Part shown: piece after piece, positions 39,549 through 49,592 of the stretch
Layout: each line of letters begins with the position of its first letter
Position numbering within the stretch: position 1 is the stretch's first letter
Source: an uncultured Acidobacteriota bacterium
GTDB taxonomy: Bacteria; Acidobacteriota; JAQAZP01
Length of the DNA stretch: 64,000 nt
Direction: 5' to 3'
Assembly: GCA_963836075.1 (NCBI GenBank)
Contig: CAWIIB010000009.1
Location: 1,664,001-1,728,000, forward strand
Program-made: the position numbers and the translations under genes
The notes under the pieces: model-generated
Told to the model about the DNA's origin: nothing
The model's database searches: none
Seen by the model: the letters and a program-made list of their open reading frames with translations, nothing else

Positions 39549-40528
39549 TGATCAACGGTGACAACAGGACGGTGATCTTCGTCGGCGGGACGGCCTACAG
39601 CGGTTCCACTTTTTTCGACATGATGCTGGCCAACGACCCGCGCGGGTTCTCCTGCGGCGAGGTCCACGCTTTTTTCCGGCCCTTCCGCCCCCATCACCAC
39701 CACCCGCCCTGCGGCTGCGGCGACCACCGGTGCACCCTGTGGGGCGAGATCAGGAATAGCGGCGAGGCCCGGCTCTACCGGTCGATCTTCCAGCAGAACC
39801 CGGACACGAGGTTCATTGTCGACTCCAGCAAGAGCCTGCCCTGGATCACCGCCCAGGCGGGGCGCCTGGCCAAGGCCGGCATCCAGGTACGGCACATCCT
39901 GATCTGGAAGTCGCCGGCGCAGATCGCCCGGTCGTTCCACAAGCGGGGCCGCGGCCGCCGCTGGACCAGGAGCTGGGCCAACTACCACCGTCTCTACTTC
40001 AGGCTCATTCCGGAGTACCGCACCGTGAACCACTTCTCCCTGGTGGACGATCCCGCGGTCCTCGAACAGGCCTGCGCGTATCTGGGGATCGGGCACTTCC
40101 CCGGCAAGGCGGAATACTGGAACAAGCGCCACCACACCCTGTTCGGCAACACGTCGGCCAAGATCCACACCAGGGATCCGGACAGTGGACTGTTCGAGGA
40201 GGATGCCGAGGCGCTGGCCCAACGGTCGGGCGCCCGCCCGGCGGACCTGCGGCGGGAATTCCGGACGATCCACATTTCCACGGGAGAGGCCGGGGACGAC
40301 CCCCTGCTCCAGGAGACGCAGGAAACCCGGGAGGAGATCGCCGTGATCGAAGAGCACCTCCAGCGCTGCGGGGTGGGGGCGGACAGGGGCGCCAGGTCGG
40401 ATCCGCCGGCCGCCGGAACGCTGGAGACCCTGGCCCACCAGGCCAGGTGGAAGGCATCACACGTGGGGTTGAAACTGCTGCCCCGGAATCTTGTTCACCG
40501 GCTCTGGCCCGGGCAGAGCGGGAGATAG
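39548..40528 (+). CDS. Sulfotransferase family protein
   Basis: Start at ATG 39548, overlapping the previous stop. 'GGTAYSGSTFFD', 'GEV' and 'IVDSSK'. Confidence 0.78.
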   Translation: MINGDNRTVIFVGGTAYSGSTFFDMMLANDPRGFSCGEVHAFFRPFRPHHHHPPCGCGDHRCTLWGEIRNSGEARLYRSIFQQNPDTRFIVDSSKSLPWITAQAGRLAKAGIQVRHILIWKSPAQIARSFHKRGRGRRWTRSWANYHRLYFRLIPEYRTVNHFSLVDDPAVLEQACAYLGIGHFPGKAEYWNKRHHTLFGNTSAKIHTRDPDSGLFEEDAEALAQRSGARPADLRREFRTIHISTGEAGDDPLLQETQETREEIAVIEEHLQRCGVGADRGARSDPPAAGTLETLAHQARWKASHVGLKLLPRNLVHRLWPGQSGR

Positions 40529-40535
40529 AGAGCCC

Positions 40536-41723
40536 ATGGATCACTCGTCGATCAGCGATTCCGTTCTCACCTGGCTGGAGACCATGCGGGTGGCGCCGGC
40601 CCGCTACCTGATGAACGCCGGGGCGGACGACACGCATTTCACCTCCTGTTTTGCGCTCTACATCCTCGACCTGTTCGGGGGAACAGACCGCCTCTCCGCC
40701 GAGGAGCGGCAGCAGTGGGTCTCGCGGATCCAGTCCGCCCAGGATCCGCGGGACGGGCTGTTCAAGCTGCCCGAGGAGCTCCATGCGGACCCGGAACGCA
40801 GCCGGCACCAGCTGACCTGTTTCAGCCTCAGCGCGCTGCGGATCCTTTCTGCCGAACCGCTCTACCCCCTGGCCTTCCTCGAGGCCTGGTCATCACCCGA
40901 TGAGGTGCGGGACTACCTGGCGGCCTGCGGCTGCCACCAGGGGCGGCCCGGCTCGGGGAACAAGGCGATGTTTCTCGGCATCTTCCTCACCCGGGCCTGG
41001 GAGCAGACCGGGGAGGAGCGCTACCGCTCGCTGCTGGAGGCCTGGTTCCAGTTCCACGACGAGCAGCAGAACGCGCACGGCCTGTGGGGCGGCGATCGCC
41101 AATCCCTCTATCTGCACGGCATCCAGAACGGCCTGCACCAGCTGGCGGTCTACTTTTACTGGAAGAGGGAACACCGGGCCCTGGACCGGGTGGTGGACAC
41201 GGCCCTGACGATCCAGGACCGGGACGGCTTCTTCTCCTCCACACCGGGGGGGATCGGCTGCCACGATTTCGACGCCATCCACATTCTGGCCACGGCCCAC
41301 GGGTTGTCGGCCTACCGGCACACCGATATCGAGGCCGGCCTGGGGCGCGCCGCCGGGGCCCTGCTCAGCACCCGGAACCCGGACGGAGGCTTCTGCCAGT
41401 CGAAGAAGACCGTGGACACGGCCGGACAGCTGCTCCGGCGGGTGCCCGGTTTCTTTTGCGGCAGCCATCCCTATCTCTGGTACTACCGGGCGCGGAAAAC
41501 CGCCGGCGTCTTCTCCCGCGGGAAACAGGTGATCAAGACCGGCTGGACCCGAACGGGGAGGCGCTGGACCGACAGCAACCTCTGGGACACCTGGTTCCGC
41601 TGTCTGGCCCTGGCCGAGATCGAGGCCGTCCTCCCCACGCCGGAGGGCCAGGGCTTCAGCCGGTGCCGTTTCCATGACATGATCGGACTGGGACACTTCG
41701 GAGCCGGCGGGGATCGAACGTGA
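40536..41723 (+). CDS. Prenyltransferase/squalene-cyclase-repeat (alpha/alpha barrel) protein of unknown function
   Basis: Repeated QW-like motifs QDPRDGLF, QNAHGLWG, QDRDGFF and RNPDGGF, plus 'SNLWDTWFRCLAL'. Confidence 0.6.
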   Translation: MDHSSISDSVLTWLETMRVAPARYLMNAGADDTHFTSCFALYILDLFGGTDRLSAEERQQWVSRIQSAQDPRDGLFKLPEELHADPERSRHQLTCFSLSALRILSAEPLYPLAFLEAWSSPDEVRDYLAACGCHQGRPGSGNKAMFLGIFLTRAWEQTGEERYRSLLEAWFQFHDEQQNAHGLWGGDRQSLYLHGIQNGLHQLAVYFYWKREHRALDRVVDTALTIQDRDGFFSSTPGGIGCHDFDAIHILATAHGLSAYRHTDIEAGLGRAAGALLSTRNPDGGFCQSKKTVDTAGQLLRRVPGFFCGSHPYLWYYRARKTAGVFSRGKQVIKTGWTRTGRRWTDSNLWDTWFRCLALAEIEAVLPTPEGQGFSRCRFHDMIGLGHFGAGGDRT

Positions 41724-42859
41724 AACTGCTCTACCTCCACTCGGGGACCATCGATTCGGGCATGGCCAATGCCGTTCAGGTGGTGCAGATGTGCTCGGCC
41801 TTCGCCCGGGCCGGTGTGGACGTGGTACTGGCCGTGCCGGGAACGGACGCCGCGGCGGCCCGGGAAACCATTGCCGCCCAGACCGGGCAGCAGCCGGAGT
41901 TCCAGATGCGGACCTTTCGCAAGCGGACGCTGTTCGGACGGCTGCAGATGATCGGCGGGTACCTGGGGGTGAAGCGCCTGCTGGCCACCGAGCCCGCCGA
42001 CTGCTGTTTCGTGCGCAACCCGGTGTTCCTCAACGCTCCCCTGCAGTCCGGCATACCCACGGTCTTTGAAGCGCACAACGCGTCGATCCACCAGAGCAGG
42101 CTGATGAACGTCTTCTGGAAACGGCGGTTGATCCGCAATGCCCGGGACCGTCACTGTTCCGCCTTCGTCAGCATCAGCCAGGCCCTCACCGACTTCTGGG
42201 TCCGCTCCGGCGTCCCGCCATCGAAGACGCTTTCGCTGCATGACGCCGTGGATGCCCGGCACTATGCCGAGGTGGAAGACCGCCAATCGGCCCGCCGAGC
42301 TGTCGGGCTCCCGCAGGCCAGGAAAACAGTGGTCTACACCGGCAGCCTCTACCGGGACCGCGGCATCGAGAACATCCTCGAGCTGGCCGGGACCTTCACC
42401 GAGCCGCTCTTCGTGGTGGTGGGGGGGCCGGAAGACCGCCGGCGTCACTACCAGGCCTTGTGCGAAGACCGGGGCATGACCAACATCATTTTCACCGGCC
42501 GGGTGCCGCACAAGGACGTCCGCCGCTATCTTTTTGCCGGTGATGTCCTGCTCATGTTATGGTCTCGGGACGTACCGACAATCGACTATTGCTCGCCGCT
42601 GAAGACCTTCGAGTACATGGCTGCGGGCCGCATCATCGTGGGTCACGGGTTTCCCACCATCCGCGAGGTGCTGACGGACGGCGAAAACGCTTTCCTTGCC
42701 GATCCCGATTCGCTGGCCGACCTGCGGGAGAAACTCGCCGCGGCACTGGACCGGTCCTATCCGGACCCCATGGCGGAGAAGGCGCGCGCGCTGGTTTTGA
42801 ATCGCTACACATGGGATGCCAGGGTCCGGACGATCCTGGAGTTTACGGGATTCGCATGA
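41720..42859 (+). CDS. Glycosyltransferase family 4
   Basis: 'ANAVQVVQMCSAF', 'YTGSLYRDRGIE' and 'SPLKTFEYMAAG'. Confidence 0.9.
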   Translation: MKLLYLHSGTIDSGMANAVQVVQMCSAFARAGVDVVLAVPGTDAAAARETIAAQTGQQPEFQMRTFRKRTLFGRLQMIGGYLGVKRLLATEPADCCFVRNPVFLNAPLQSGIPTVFEAHNASIHQSRLMNVFWKRRLIRNARDRHCSAFVSISQALTDFWVRSGVPPSKTLSLHDAVDARHYAEVEDRQSARRAVGLPQARKTVVYTGSLYRDRGIENILELAGTFTEPLFVVVGGPEDRRRHYQALCEDRGMTNIIFTGRVPHKDVRRYLFAGDVLLMLWSRDVPTIDYCSPLKTFEYMAAGRIIVGHGFPTIREVLTDGENAFLADPDSLADLREKLAAALDRSYPDPMAEKARALVLNRYTWDARVRTILEFTGFA

Positions 42860-44178
42860 TCTCCTTTCTGCTCTATGCACTGCTGTTCCTGGCCTTCTTC
42901 GTCAACAGTCTGACGGCGTATCAGATCGTGCCCTATTTCTTTTCCTGGTTTATCGAGGGCATCATCGTCCTGCTGTTGTTCATCGCCCTGGCCTCGAAGA
43001 CGAAATCCAGGGACCGGCAGATCTACACCTTTGGCTGGCCCTTCGTCCTCCTCTTCCTCGCCGTCTCCGCCATATCCTTTGTGCTGAACGATACGCGGTT
43101 CCAGCTTGCGCTGCTCTTCTTGCGGCAGACCCTGCGTTTCCACCTGCTGTTCTGGGTACTGCTCACCCTGCCCATCCCGCAGAAGACGATCCGCCGGATT
43201 CACACGCTGCTGGTCTGGCTCTTCCTGCTCCAGATCCCCACCGCCATCGTCAAGCTGGTCATCTTCGGCCATGGTGAACGGGCCATCGGCACCTATGCCA
43301 TCCGGGGCGGGGGCAACTCCACCGTCATCCCGATGATCGCGGCAGGGTTCATCATCTGCTTCCACTACATCCACCGGCCCCGCATCACCTCGTGGCTGTT
43401 CCTGTTGGGATTCCTGGTCTTTGGCCTGGTGGGTGACAAGCGCGCCGTGATCCTGCTGGTCCCCATGGTCATCATCTTCTCGGCGTGGACCATCATCGGC
43501 CGGCGGCTGGAGATGAAGAAGGTGGTGAGCGTCATTTTTCTTTCCATCATCGTGATCGCGATCATTTTCTATGCCGGGGTCAGATTGTTGCCGACCCTCA
43601 ACCCGGACCACAAGGTGGGCGGCCGGTTTTCCCTCGATTTCGCCATCAGTTACATCAAGAACTACAGCGTGGGCTACTCGGGTGTGCGCCACCTCTCCTA
43701 CGGCAGGGTGGAAACCACGCGGAGAATCCATGACCACCTCAAGCGGAGGGGACCCGCCACCTGGCTGTTCGGCATGGGACCGGGCACCTTCACCAAGTCG
43801 AGCTTCGGCCAAAGAGACAAGCACTTCATGGAGGACCAGTTGAGCGGCGTGGGGGTGGCGTACGGGATCATGTCGCTGAACTTCCTGGCTCTGCAGGTGG
43901 GCTATCTCGGCGTGATCTCCTGGATGGGCTTTTTTGTCTACGCCCTGGTGGTGGTGCGGCGCAAGGCGTTGCGGGAGACCGACCCCTACTGGAAGGCCTA
44001 CCAGTCGGGCATGGTCTCCCTCTGCTTCGTCGCCCTGATGATCTCCCTGACCTACAATAATGTCTTCATGGAAAGCGATCTGATCGCCATGGTATATATG
44101 ATGCTGCTGGCCTTTTCGCTGCGGCGCGGCCGGCGTCCCAGCGTCCGGCGCGTGGTGCCGCTGGGCCGGCCTGCATGA
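42856..44178 (+). CDS. Wzy-like polysaccharide polymerase (multi-TM)
   Basis: ATG 42856 (ATGA overlap), about 11-12 TM segments, periplasmic loop 'GR......WLFGMGPG'. Located inside a Wzx locus. Confidence 0.7.
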   Translation: MISFLLYALLFLAFFVNSLTAYQIVPYFFSWFIEGIIVLLLFIALASKTKSRDRQIYTFGWPFVLLFLAVSAISFVLNDTRFQLALLFLRQTLRFHLLFWVLLTLPIPQKTIRRIHTLLVWLFLLQIPTAIVKLVIFGHGERAIGTYAIRGGGNSTVIPMIAAGFIICFHYIHRPRITSWLFLLGFLVFGLVGDKRAVILLVPMVIIFSAWTIIGRRLEMKKVVSVIFLSIIVIAIIFYAGVRLLPTLNPDHKVGGRFSLDFAISYIKNYSVGYSGVRHLSYGRVETTRRIHDHLKRRGPATWLFGMGPGTFTKSSFGQRDKHFMEDQLSGVGVAYGIMSLNFLALQVGYLGVISWMGFFVYALVVVRRKALRETDPYWKAYQSGMVSLCFVALMISLTYNNVFMESDLIAMVYMMLLAFSLRRGRRPSVRRVVPLGRPA

Positions 44179-44193
44179 ACCTGGGGGCTGGGC

Positions 44194-44997
44194 ATGAGAC
44201 GTCCGCTGAACAGGGTGGCCAACCTGGTCATCACCACCAAGAACCACATTTTCGGCCGGCAACTCCGGCCGTTCACCGCCTTCTTCGATTCGAGGTATCC
44301 CCCGACCAAGTTCCTCTCCCTGAAAAAGCCGATGGTGAACATCCGCTGCATCCTCTGCGGTTATCCGCGCAGCGGCACGGCCTGGATCCTCAACGTGATC
44401 AATCAGAGCACGTCGCACAAGACCGCACAGATCCAGAAACGCACGGTCACCCCGGGGGACAGGGAGATCTGCCTGATCAAGGTCCACGCGCGCAACAGGC
44501 TGGTGGCCCGGCTCAAGACCCTGCTCATCCTGCCGCGGCACCGTTTCGGGGGGAAGTACATCTACGTCTACCGTGACCCGCGCGACGCGATCCTCTCGCT
44601 CTACGAGATGTACAAGAATTCCAAGGACACTCCGGACCTGTCCCAGGAGGAGTTCATCAGACAGACCGATCCCATCGGTCAATACAAGTGGGAAATTCAG
44701 GACTGGGTGCTCAAGCCGCACAAGAATGTGTTGCTGGTCCGCTACGAGGACCTGAAGGAAGATCCGGTGGCCATGTTCCGTCGGATTTTCAGCTACCTGG
44801 GTATCGACGATCCGGTGAACGAGGAGGCGCTGGGCCAGAGGGTGGGCGGGGCCGACCGCAAGGACCGTCCCCGGGCCACCGCTTACGGGTGGAAGAACGC
44901 TCCGCCGGAATACCGGCACCTCATCGGGGCGATCAACGATCGCCTGGCCGGGGAAATCAAAGCGCTGAACTATGAAATCGAACGTCCTCTTCATTGA
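44194..44997 (+). CDS. Sulfotransferase domain protein
   Basis: 'GYPRSGTAW', 'YVYRDPRDAILSLY' and 'VRYEDL'. Confidence 0.88.
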   Translation: MRRPLNRVANLVITTKNHIFGRQLRPFTAFFDSRYPPTKFLSLKKPMVNIRCILCGYPRSGTAWILNVINQSTSHKTAQIQKRTVTPGDREICLIKVHARNRLVARLKTLLILPRHRFGGKYIYVYRDPRDAILSLYEMYKNSKDTPDLSQEEFIRQTDPIGQYKWEIQDWVLKPHKNVLLVRYEDLKEDPVAMFRRIFSYLGIDDPVNEEALGQRVGGADRKDRPRATAYGWKNAPPEYRHLIGAINDRLAGEIKALNYEIERPLH

Positions 44998-46147
44998 CAC
45001 CGGAGACTTCGAGTCGTTCCCGCCCGGGGGGACCCTCAACTTCGCCAAGCAGATGCTCTCCTCGTTTGGCAACCGGCTCTGCCTGGTGGGGATCACCACC
45101 GACGGGCTGCCGGTGGGCCGCTGGGTGGAGCGGGAGATCGGCGGGGAGACCTACGACTACTTCGCCGTGGGCCGTCGCGCCGCATCGGCGAAGAAACCCC
45201 TGGTCCCGCCGCGCATCTCGGGATACCTGCAGCTGCGCCGCCACCGGGAGGAGATCCTGGCCCGGGGTGTGCGAAGCGTGTTCATCCAGACCCACCACGT
45301 GATGCTGGCGGTGCACGACTGGCCCTGGGAACATGTCTGTTTCCGCTTCCCCGGCGTGGAGAACCCGCTGGCCATCTCGCGCTACCCGGGGGTGCAGTTG
45401 CTGGCCCGACCCTTTGCCCGGCGGTTCTATGGCGCCGTGCAGCGGGCCGACTGCATCCTGGCCGCGGCCGATGATCAGGCGATAACCGGGATGGTGGGAC
45501 AGAGCGGCGGTCTTCTCAGCCGCGAGCAGGTGACCGGTTTCCCCACGCGGGTGGACACCGAACTGTTCCGCCCCGCCTCCCGTTCCCGCAGCCGGCAGCA
45601 GGCGGGGTTGCCGGAGACGGCGGTGGTGCTGGCCAGCTGCGGCCGGATCCACTGGGCCAAGGGCTGGAAGCTGCTGATCGACGCCTTTGCCATACTGCTC
45701 CAGACGCACCCGGACGCGTATCTCTGCTTCATCGGGGACGGCCAGGACCGGGGCCGACTGGAAACCTATGCCGCCGAGAGAGGAGTCAGCGAGCGCATCC
45801 GCATCACCGGCTTCCAGCCGCCACGCCTGGTGGCTGCCTGGCTCAATGCCGCGGACGTCTATGTCTCCGGCTCGCTGCGCGAGGGGTGGTCCACGGTGAT
45901 GATCGAAGCCCAGGGGTGCGGCCTGCCCATTGTCACCACCCGGGTGAGCAGCGCGGGGGAAATCATTGCCCCGGGCCGCACCGGGTATATTATTGACGGG
46001 CGCGACCCCGACGACTTTGCCGCGGCGGTGCGGAACGCTCTCGCCCTGGAGAACGTCGGGGATATTGCGGTGCCGCATGCTGACCGATACGCACTGAAGC
46101 ATCTGAAAGAGGATCTCGAAACGCTGTTCCCACCCTTGCGAGCGTGA
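44972..46147 (+). CDS. Glycosyltransferase family 4
   Basis: 'GRIHWAKGW' and '[18 protein letters not shown]'. Confidence 0.88.
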   Translation: MKSNVLFIDTGDFESFPPGGTLNFAKQMLSSFGNRLCLVGITTDGLPVGRWVEREIGGETYDYFAVGRRAASAKKPLVPPRISGYLQLRRHREEILARGVRSVFIQTHHVMLAVHDWPWEHVCFRFPGVENPLAISRYPGVQLLARPFARRFYGAVQRADCILAAADDQAITGMVGQSGGLLSREQVTGFPTRVDTELFRPASRSRSRQQAGLPETAVVLASCGRIHWAKGWKLLIDAFAILLQTHPDAYLCFIGDGQDRGRLETYAAERGVSERIRITGFQPPRLVAAWLNAADVYVSGSLREGWSTVMIEAQGCGLPIVTTRVSSAGEIIAPGRTGYIIDGRDPDDFAAAVRNALALENVGDIAVPHADRYALKHLKEDLETLFPPLRA

Positions 46148-46773
46148 CCATGATCAGACCCGACAACCAGCGGACCACCGGAAACGACCCGCTATCCAAT
46201 GTGCGGCCGGGGCGTTCCCCGGCAATGTTCAAGCTGCGCCTGCTGCTCAACTCGCTGCGCTCCTGGCTCTATTTCAGACTGCGGGCGCCGTGGGTCAGGA
46301 GAAGCGGGATGGTGCGCGTCCCCTGGAGCGTCAGGATGTTCTCGCCCCACCGGGACATCAGCCTGGGCAACCGGGTGCAGTTCGGCCGGGGCTGCCTGAT
46401 CCAGTGCGATTGCCGTTTCGGCGACAACATTCTGATGGCCCGGGACGTGGCGTTCATCGGACGGGACGACCACCGCTACGACATGGTGGGAGTGACTCTC
46501 TGGGATTCGCCACGGGGCGACACCAGGAAGACGGTGGTGGAGGACGATGTATGGATCGGGTTTCGGGTGACGATCCTCGCCGGGGTGACCATCGGCCGGG
46601 GCGCCATCGTCGCCGCCGGGGCCCTGGTCACCGAGGACGTTCCCCGTTACAGCATCGCCGGGGGTGTTCCCGCACGGGTCATTGGAACGAGATTCACCAC
46701 CGAACAGATTGTGGCCCACGAGGACGCTCTGGGCTACGCGGAGCGCAGCGGAACCACGGACGGGATGCCATGA
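46144..46773 (+). CDS. Hexapeptide-repeat acyltransferase
   Basis: '[48 protein letters not shown]'. Confidence 0.88.
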   Translation: MTMIRPDNQRTTGNDPLSNVRPGRSPAMFKLRLLLNSLRSWLYFRLRAPWVRRSGMVRVPWSVRMFSPHRDISLGNRVQFGRGCLIQCDCRFGDNILMARDVAFIGRDDHRYDMVGVTLWDSPRGDTRKTVVEDDVWIGFRVTILAGVTIGRGAIVAAGALVTEDVPRYSIAGGVPARVIGTRFTTEQIVAHEDALGYAERSGTTDGMP

Positions 46774-47636
46774 ACAGCTTGACCCACAGGATATTGATGA
46801 CGCGGCGGCACTGGCTGAAGCGGGTGCAGTACCTGATGATGCGGCACCCGTTGCCGTTGACCCGCCATGGCCGGCAGGCGTTCAGCACCGGGCCGCGCAT
46901 CTTTGCCAACAGTATTCCCAAGGCCGGGACGAACCTGATCAAGCGCACGGTCAACCTGCTGCCCTGCGTGGTGCCCCGCTGGACCTACCACCTGGACCAG
47001 CGGATCCCCGGCACCATGAAGCAGCTGCAGTACACCCACAAGGGCCAGGCGGTCACCGCGCACATGGGGTGGAGCGCTGATCTGGTGGCCCTGCTCAGCT
47101 CGCGGGAGTTCAGGATCCTCTTCATCCTGCGCGACCCGCGCGACGTGCTGGTCTCCTTCGTGGACTATGTCACCCGCAAGGACCCCAGCCACCTGCTCCA
47201 CGCCTACTTCAATACGCTGCCCTCGGATGACGAACGGTTGCTGGCATCGATCATCGGTGTGGACGGGCGGCATCTGCCTTACGGCATTCCCCTGCTCTCG
47301 GCGGGGGAGCAGCTTGAAGCCTATCTCCCGTGGCTCGACGAGCCCGGCTGCCTGACCTTCTCCTTCGAGGACCTGGTGGGCAGTGCGGGCGGGGGCGATG
47401 ACGCGAACCAGCTGCGGACCGTCGCCGCCATCGTGGACCACCTGGGGTTGAAGGCCACCCGGAAGGAGATCGATGATCTGGCCGGCAGGGTGTTCTCCCG
47501 CAAAGTCCGGACCTTCCGCAAGGGCCGAATCAGGGACTGGCCCAACCATTTCACCGGGCGGCACAAGGAGGCGTTCAAGGAGAATGCCGGCGACACCCTG
47601 ATCAGGCTGGGCTATGAAACCGGAAATGACTGGTGA
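46770..47636 (+). CDS. Sulfotransferase domain protein
   Basis: ATG 46770. '[10 protein letters not shown]', '[10 protein letters not shown]', 'FEDL' and 'FRKGRIRDW'. Confidence 0.88.
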   Translation: MNSLTHRILMTRRHWLKRVQYLMMRHPLPLTRHGRQAFSTGPRIFANSIPKAGTNLIKRTVNLLPCVVPRWTYHLDQRIPGTMKQLQYTHKGQAVTAHMGWSADLVALLSSREFRILFILRDPRDVLVSFVDYVTRKDPSHLLHAYFNTLPSDDERLLASIIGVDGRHLPYGIPLLSAGEQLEAYLPWLDEPGCLTFSFEDLVGSAGGGDDANQLRTVAAIVDHLGLKATRKEIDDLAGRVFSRKVRTFRKGRIRDWPNHFTGRHKEAFKENAGDTLIRLGYETGNDW

Positions 47637-48418
47637 GCGGAGTGGACGAACGGGTTGCAGTGAGCGGCGAGCAGTTGCTGGACTACCGGGTGGTCAACGA
47701 TGGTGCGGACCGCCTCGTCGAATCCATCGGGACCTGGATAGAAGAGGGGGACCGCTGCAGGTGGTTTGCCTGTATGAACCCGCACTCCTGGGTCGTTGCC
47801 CGGTCCAACGCTGTTTTTGCCCGGGCGCTGCGCCAGGCCGACTGGCTGGTGCCCGACGGGCAGGGCATCGTGCTGGCCTCCCGGCTGTTCGGGGGCAGGA
47901 TACGGGAACGGGTGACCGGCAGCGATGTGTTCAACGGCATCAACGGCTTCCTGGACCGCACCGGGGGTCGGGTGTTTTTCCTGGGGTCCACCGAGGAGAC
48001 CCTGGACGGCATCAGGCAACGGAGCGGCCGGGACTGGCCGGGCATTGCCATCGCGGGGACCTGGTCGCCGCCCTTCGTGCCCCGGTTTTCCGCAGAGGAC
48101 ACCGACCGGATGGTGGAGGCGATCAATGCCGCCCGGCCCCAGGTGCTCTGGGTGGGAATGACCGCGCCCAAGCAGGAGATGTGGGTTTTTGAAAATTTCC
48201 ACCGTCTGGAGACGGTGCGGTTCGCGGGGGCCATCGGTGCGGTCTTCGATTTCTACGCCGGGAATATCAGGCGCTCGCACCCGCTGTTCCTGCGGACGGG
48301 GCTGGAGTGGCTGCCCCGGCTGCTGCGGGAGCCGCGCCGGCTCTGGAGACGGAACTTCGTCTCCACACCGCTGTTCCTCTTCCACCTCACCGCCCGCCGC
48401 CTGGGAGTGAAACAATGA
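47633..48418 (+). CDS. WecB/TagA/CpsF-family glycosyltransferase
   Basis: 'PDGQGI', 'ERVTGSD', 'VGMTAPKQE', 'GAVFDF' and 'GLEWLPRLLREPRRLWRR'. Confidence 0.93.
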   Translation: MSGVDERVAVSGEQLLDYRVVNDGADRLVESIGTWIEEGDRCRWFACMNPHSWVVARSNAVFARALRQADWLVPDGQGIVLASRLFGGRIRERVTGSDVFNGINGFLDRTGGRVFFLGSTEETLDGIRQRSGRDWPGIAIAGTWSPPFVPRFSAEDTDRMVEAINAARPQVLWVGMTAPKQEMWVFENFHRLETVRFAGAIGAVFDFYAGNIRRSHPLFLRTGLEWLPRLLREPRRLWRRNFVSTPLFLFHLTARRLGVKQ

Positions 48419-49515
48419 CGGGTGTCCGCACCCTGTTCGCCCTGGCCGCCGGAGACCGGGCAGCGGCTCTTCCCTGCGATGCTGAGCAGACAGCTATTGA
48501 TCTGCTGGGCCCCCGGCGCTCGCTGTTCCTCCGCCTGATCCCCCGCATTACCCGTACGCTGGCCCGGGCCGGAGCTCTGGGAAGCATTTCGGAGCGCCTG
48601 GCCGCCGACCTGCACCGGTTCTCCCAGTCCCTGGTGGCCCACGACCTGCACCAGCAGCAGTGGCTCCGCCGGTTCCTCACCGAGCGGCGGCCAGGGGACA
48701 TCCCGGTGATCCTGCTCAAGGGCACCGCCTTCTCGGGGTCGCTCTATCCGCCCGATGCGCCGAGACTGTCACAGGATATCGACCTGCTGGTCAAGCCGGA
48801 ACAGTTCCACCGCATGTGCGAAATCCTCGCTGCTGAAGGGGAGCCGCTGAAGGTTGATACGGGGCGGAGATATACCTGGAGCAGGCTTTTCGAGGCCGTC
48901 TTCCGCATCCCCGGCGCGCTGCCCCTGCTGGTGGAAGTTCACCGGGATCTCACCAGGGCGCACCAGTTCCGTATCGAACACCACGGCCTCTGGGAGCGGA
49001 GCGATCAGAGCCCGGAATACCAGGACCCGGCGGTGCGCCAGCTGTCGCCGGAGGATACGCTGCTCCACCTCGCGCTGCATGAATACAGGCACGGCGCACC
49101 CCAGCCGCACAGTTACCTCGACGCCTGGTCGGTGCTCAACCGCTGGACCCCGGACCTGGGCCGGGTGGTCCAGCTGGCCCGCCGGTGGGGCTGTTCGACC
49201 ATCCTTTACTCGCTGCTCCGCCGGGTGGAATATTGGTTCGATCCGGAGGGGTGTGAAGGGGATGGCCTGGAAGGCGTGCTGCAGGCGCTGGAACCGTCAG
49301 GCATCAAAAAGGCCGTGCTGGACAGGCTATTCCCCTGCAACTGCTTCGAGCCGGTGCGCCATACCTGGCCCTGGCCCCAGCGAACCGCGTCGCTGTCGCT
49401 GCTGGACCACACCTCCCGCATACCACGCTTCGCCTTCTCCTACCTGGCCCACCGCAGCGCCGACCTGGCCCTGCTCCTCATCGATCGCATCAGCGGAGCC
49501 ACTACAGGGCGCTGA
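48415..49515 (+). CDS. Nucleotidyltransferase family protein (NTP_transf_5-like, lasso/EPS-associated)
   Basis: 'VILLKG...LYP...R.SQDIDLLV', 'VEVH' and 'LSPEDTLLHLALH'. Confidence 0.82.
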   Translation: MTGVRTLFALAAGDRAAALPCDAEQTAIDLLGPRRSLFLRLIPRITRTLARAGALGSISERLAADLHRFSQSLVAHDLHQQQWLRRFLTERRPGDIPVILLKGTAFSGSLYPPDAPRLSQDIDLLVKPEQFHRMCEILAAEGEPLKVDTGRRYTWSRLFEAVFRIPGALPLLVEVHRDLTRAHQFRIEHHGLWERSDQSPEYQDPAVRQLSPEDTLLHLALHEYRHGAPQPHSYLDAWSVLNRWTPDLGRVVQLARRWGCSTILYSLLRRVEYWFDPEGCEGDGLEGVLQALEPSGIKKAVLDRLFPCNCFEPVRHTWPWPQRTASLSLLDHTSRIPRFAFSYLAHRSADLALLLIDRISGATTGR

Positions 49516-49592
49516 CCGGATCTCGCCTGTCCCTTTCCCCTGACCAGGTGCCGCTCTATACTGGGGTACACCTGCTCAGTTCCGGAGGCACC

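Noticed and set aside
42805-45099. 764-aa minus-strand ORF
   Set aside because: Antisense shadow of the Wzy-like and sulfotransferase genes. It has no recognisable motifs, and such ORFs are expected in high-GC DNA.
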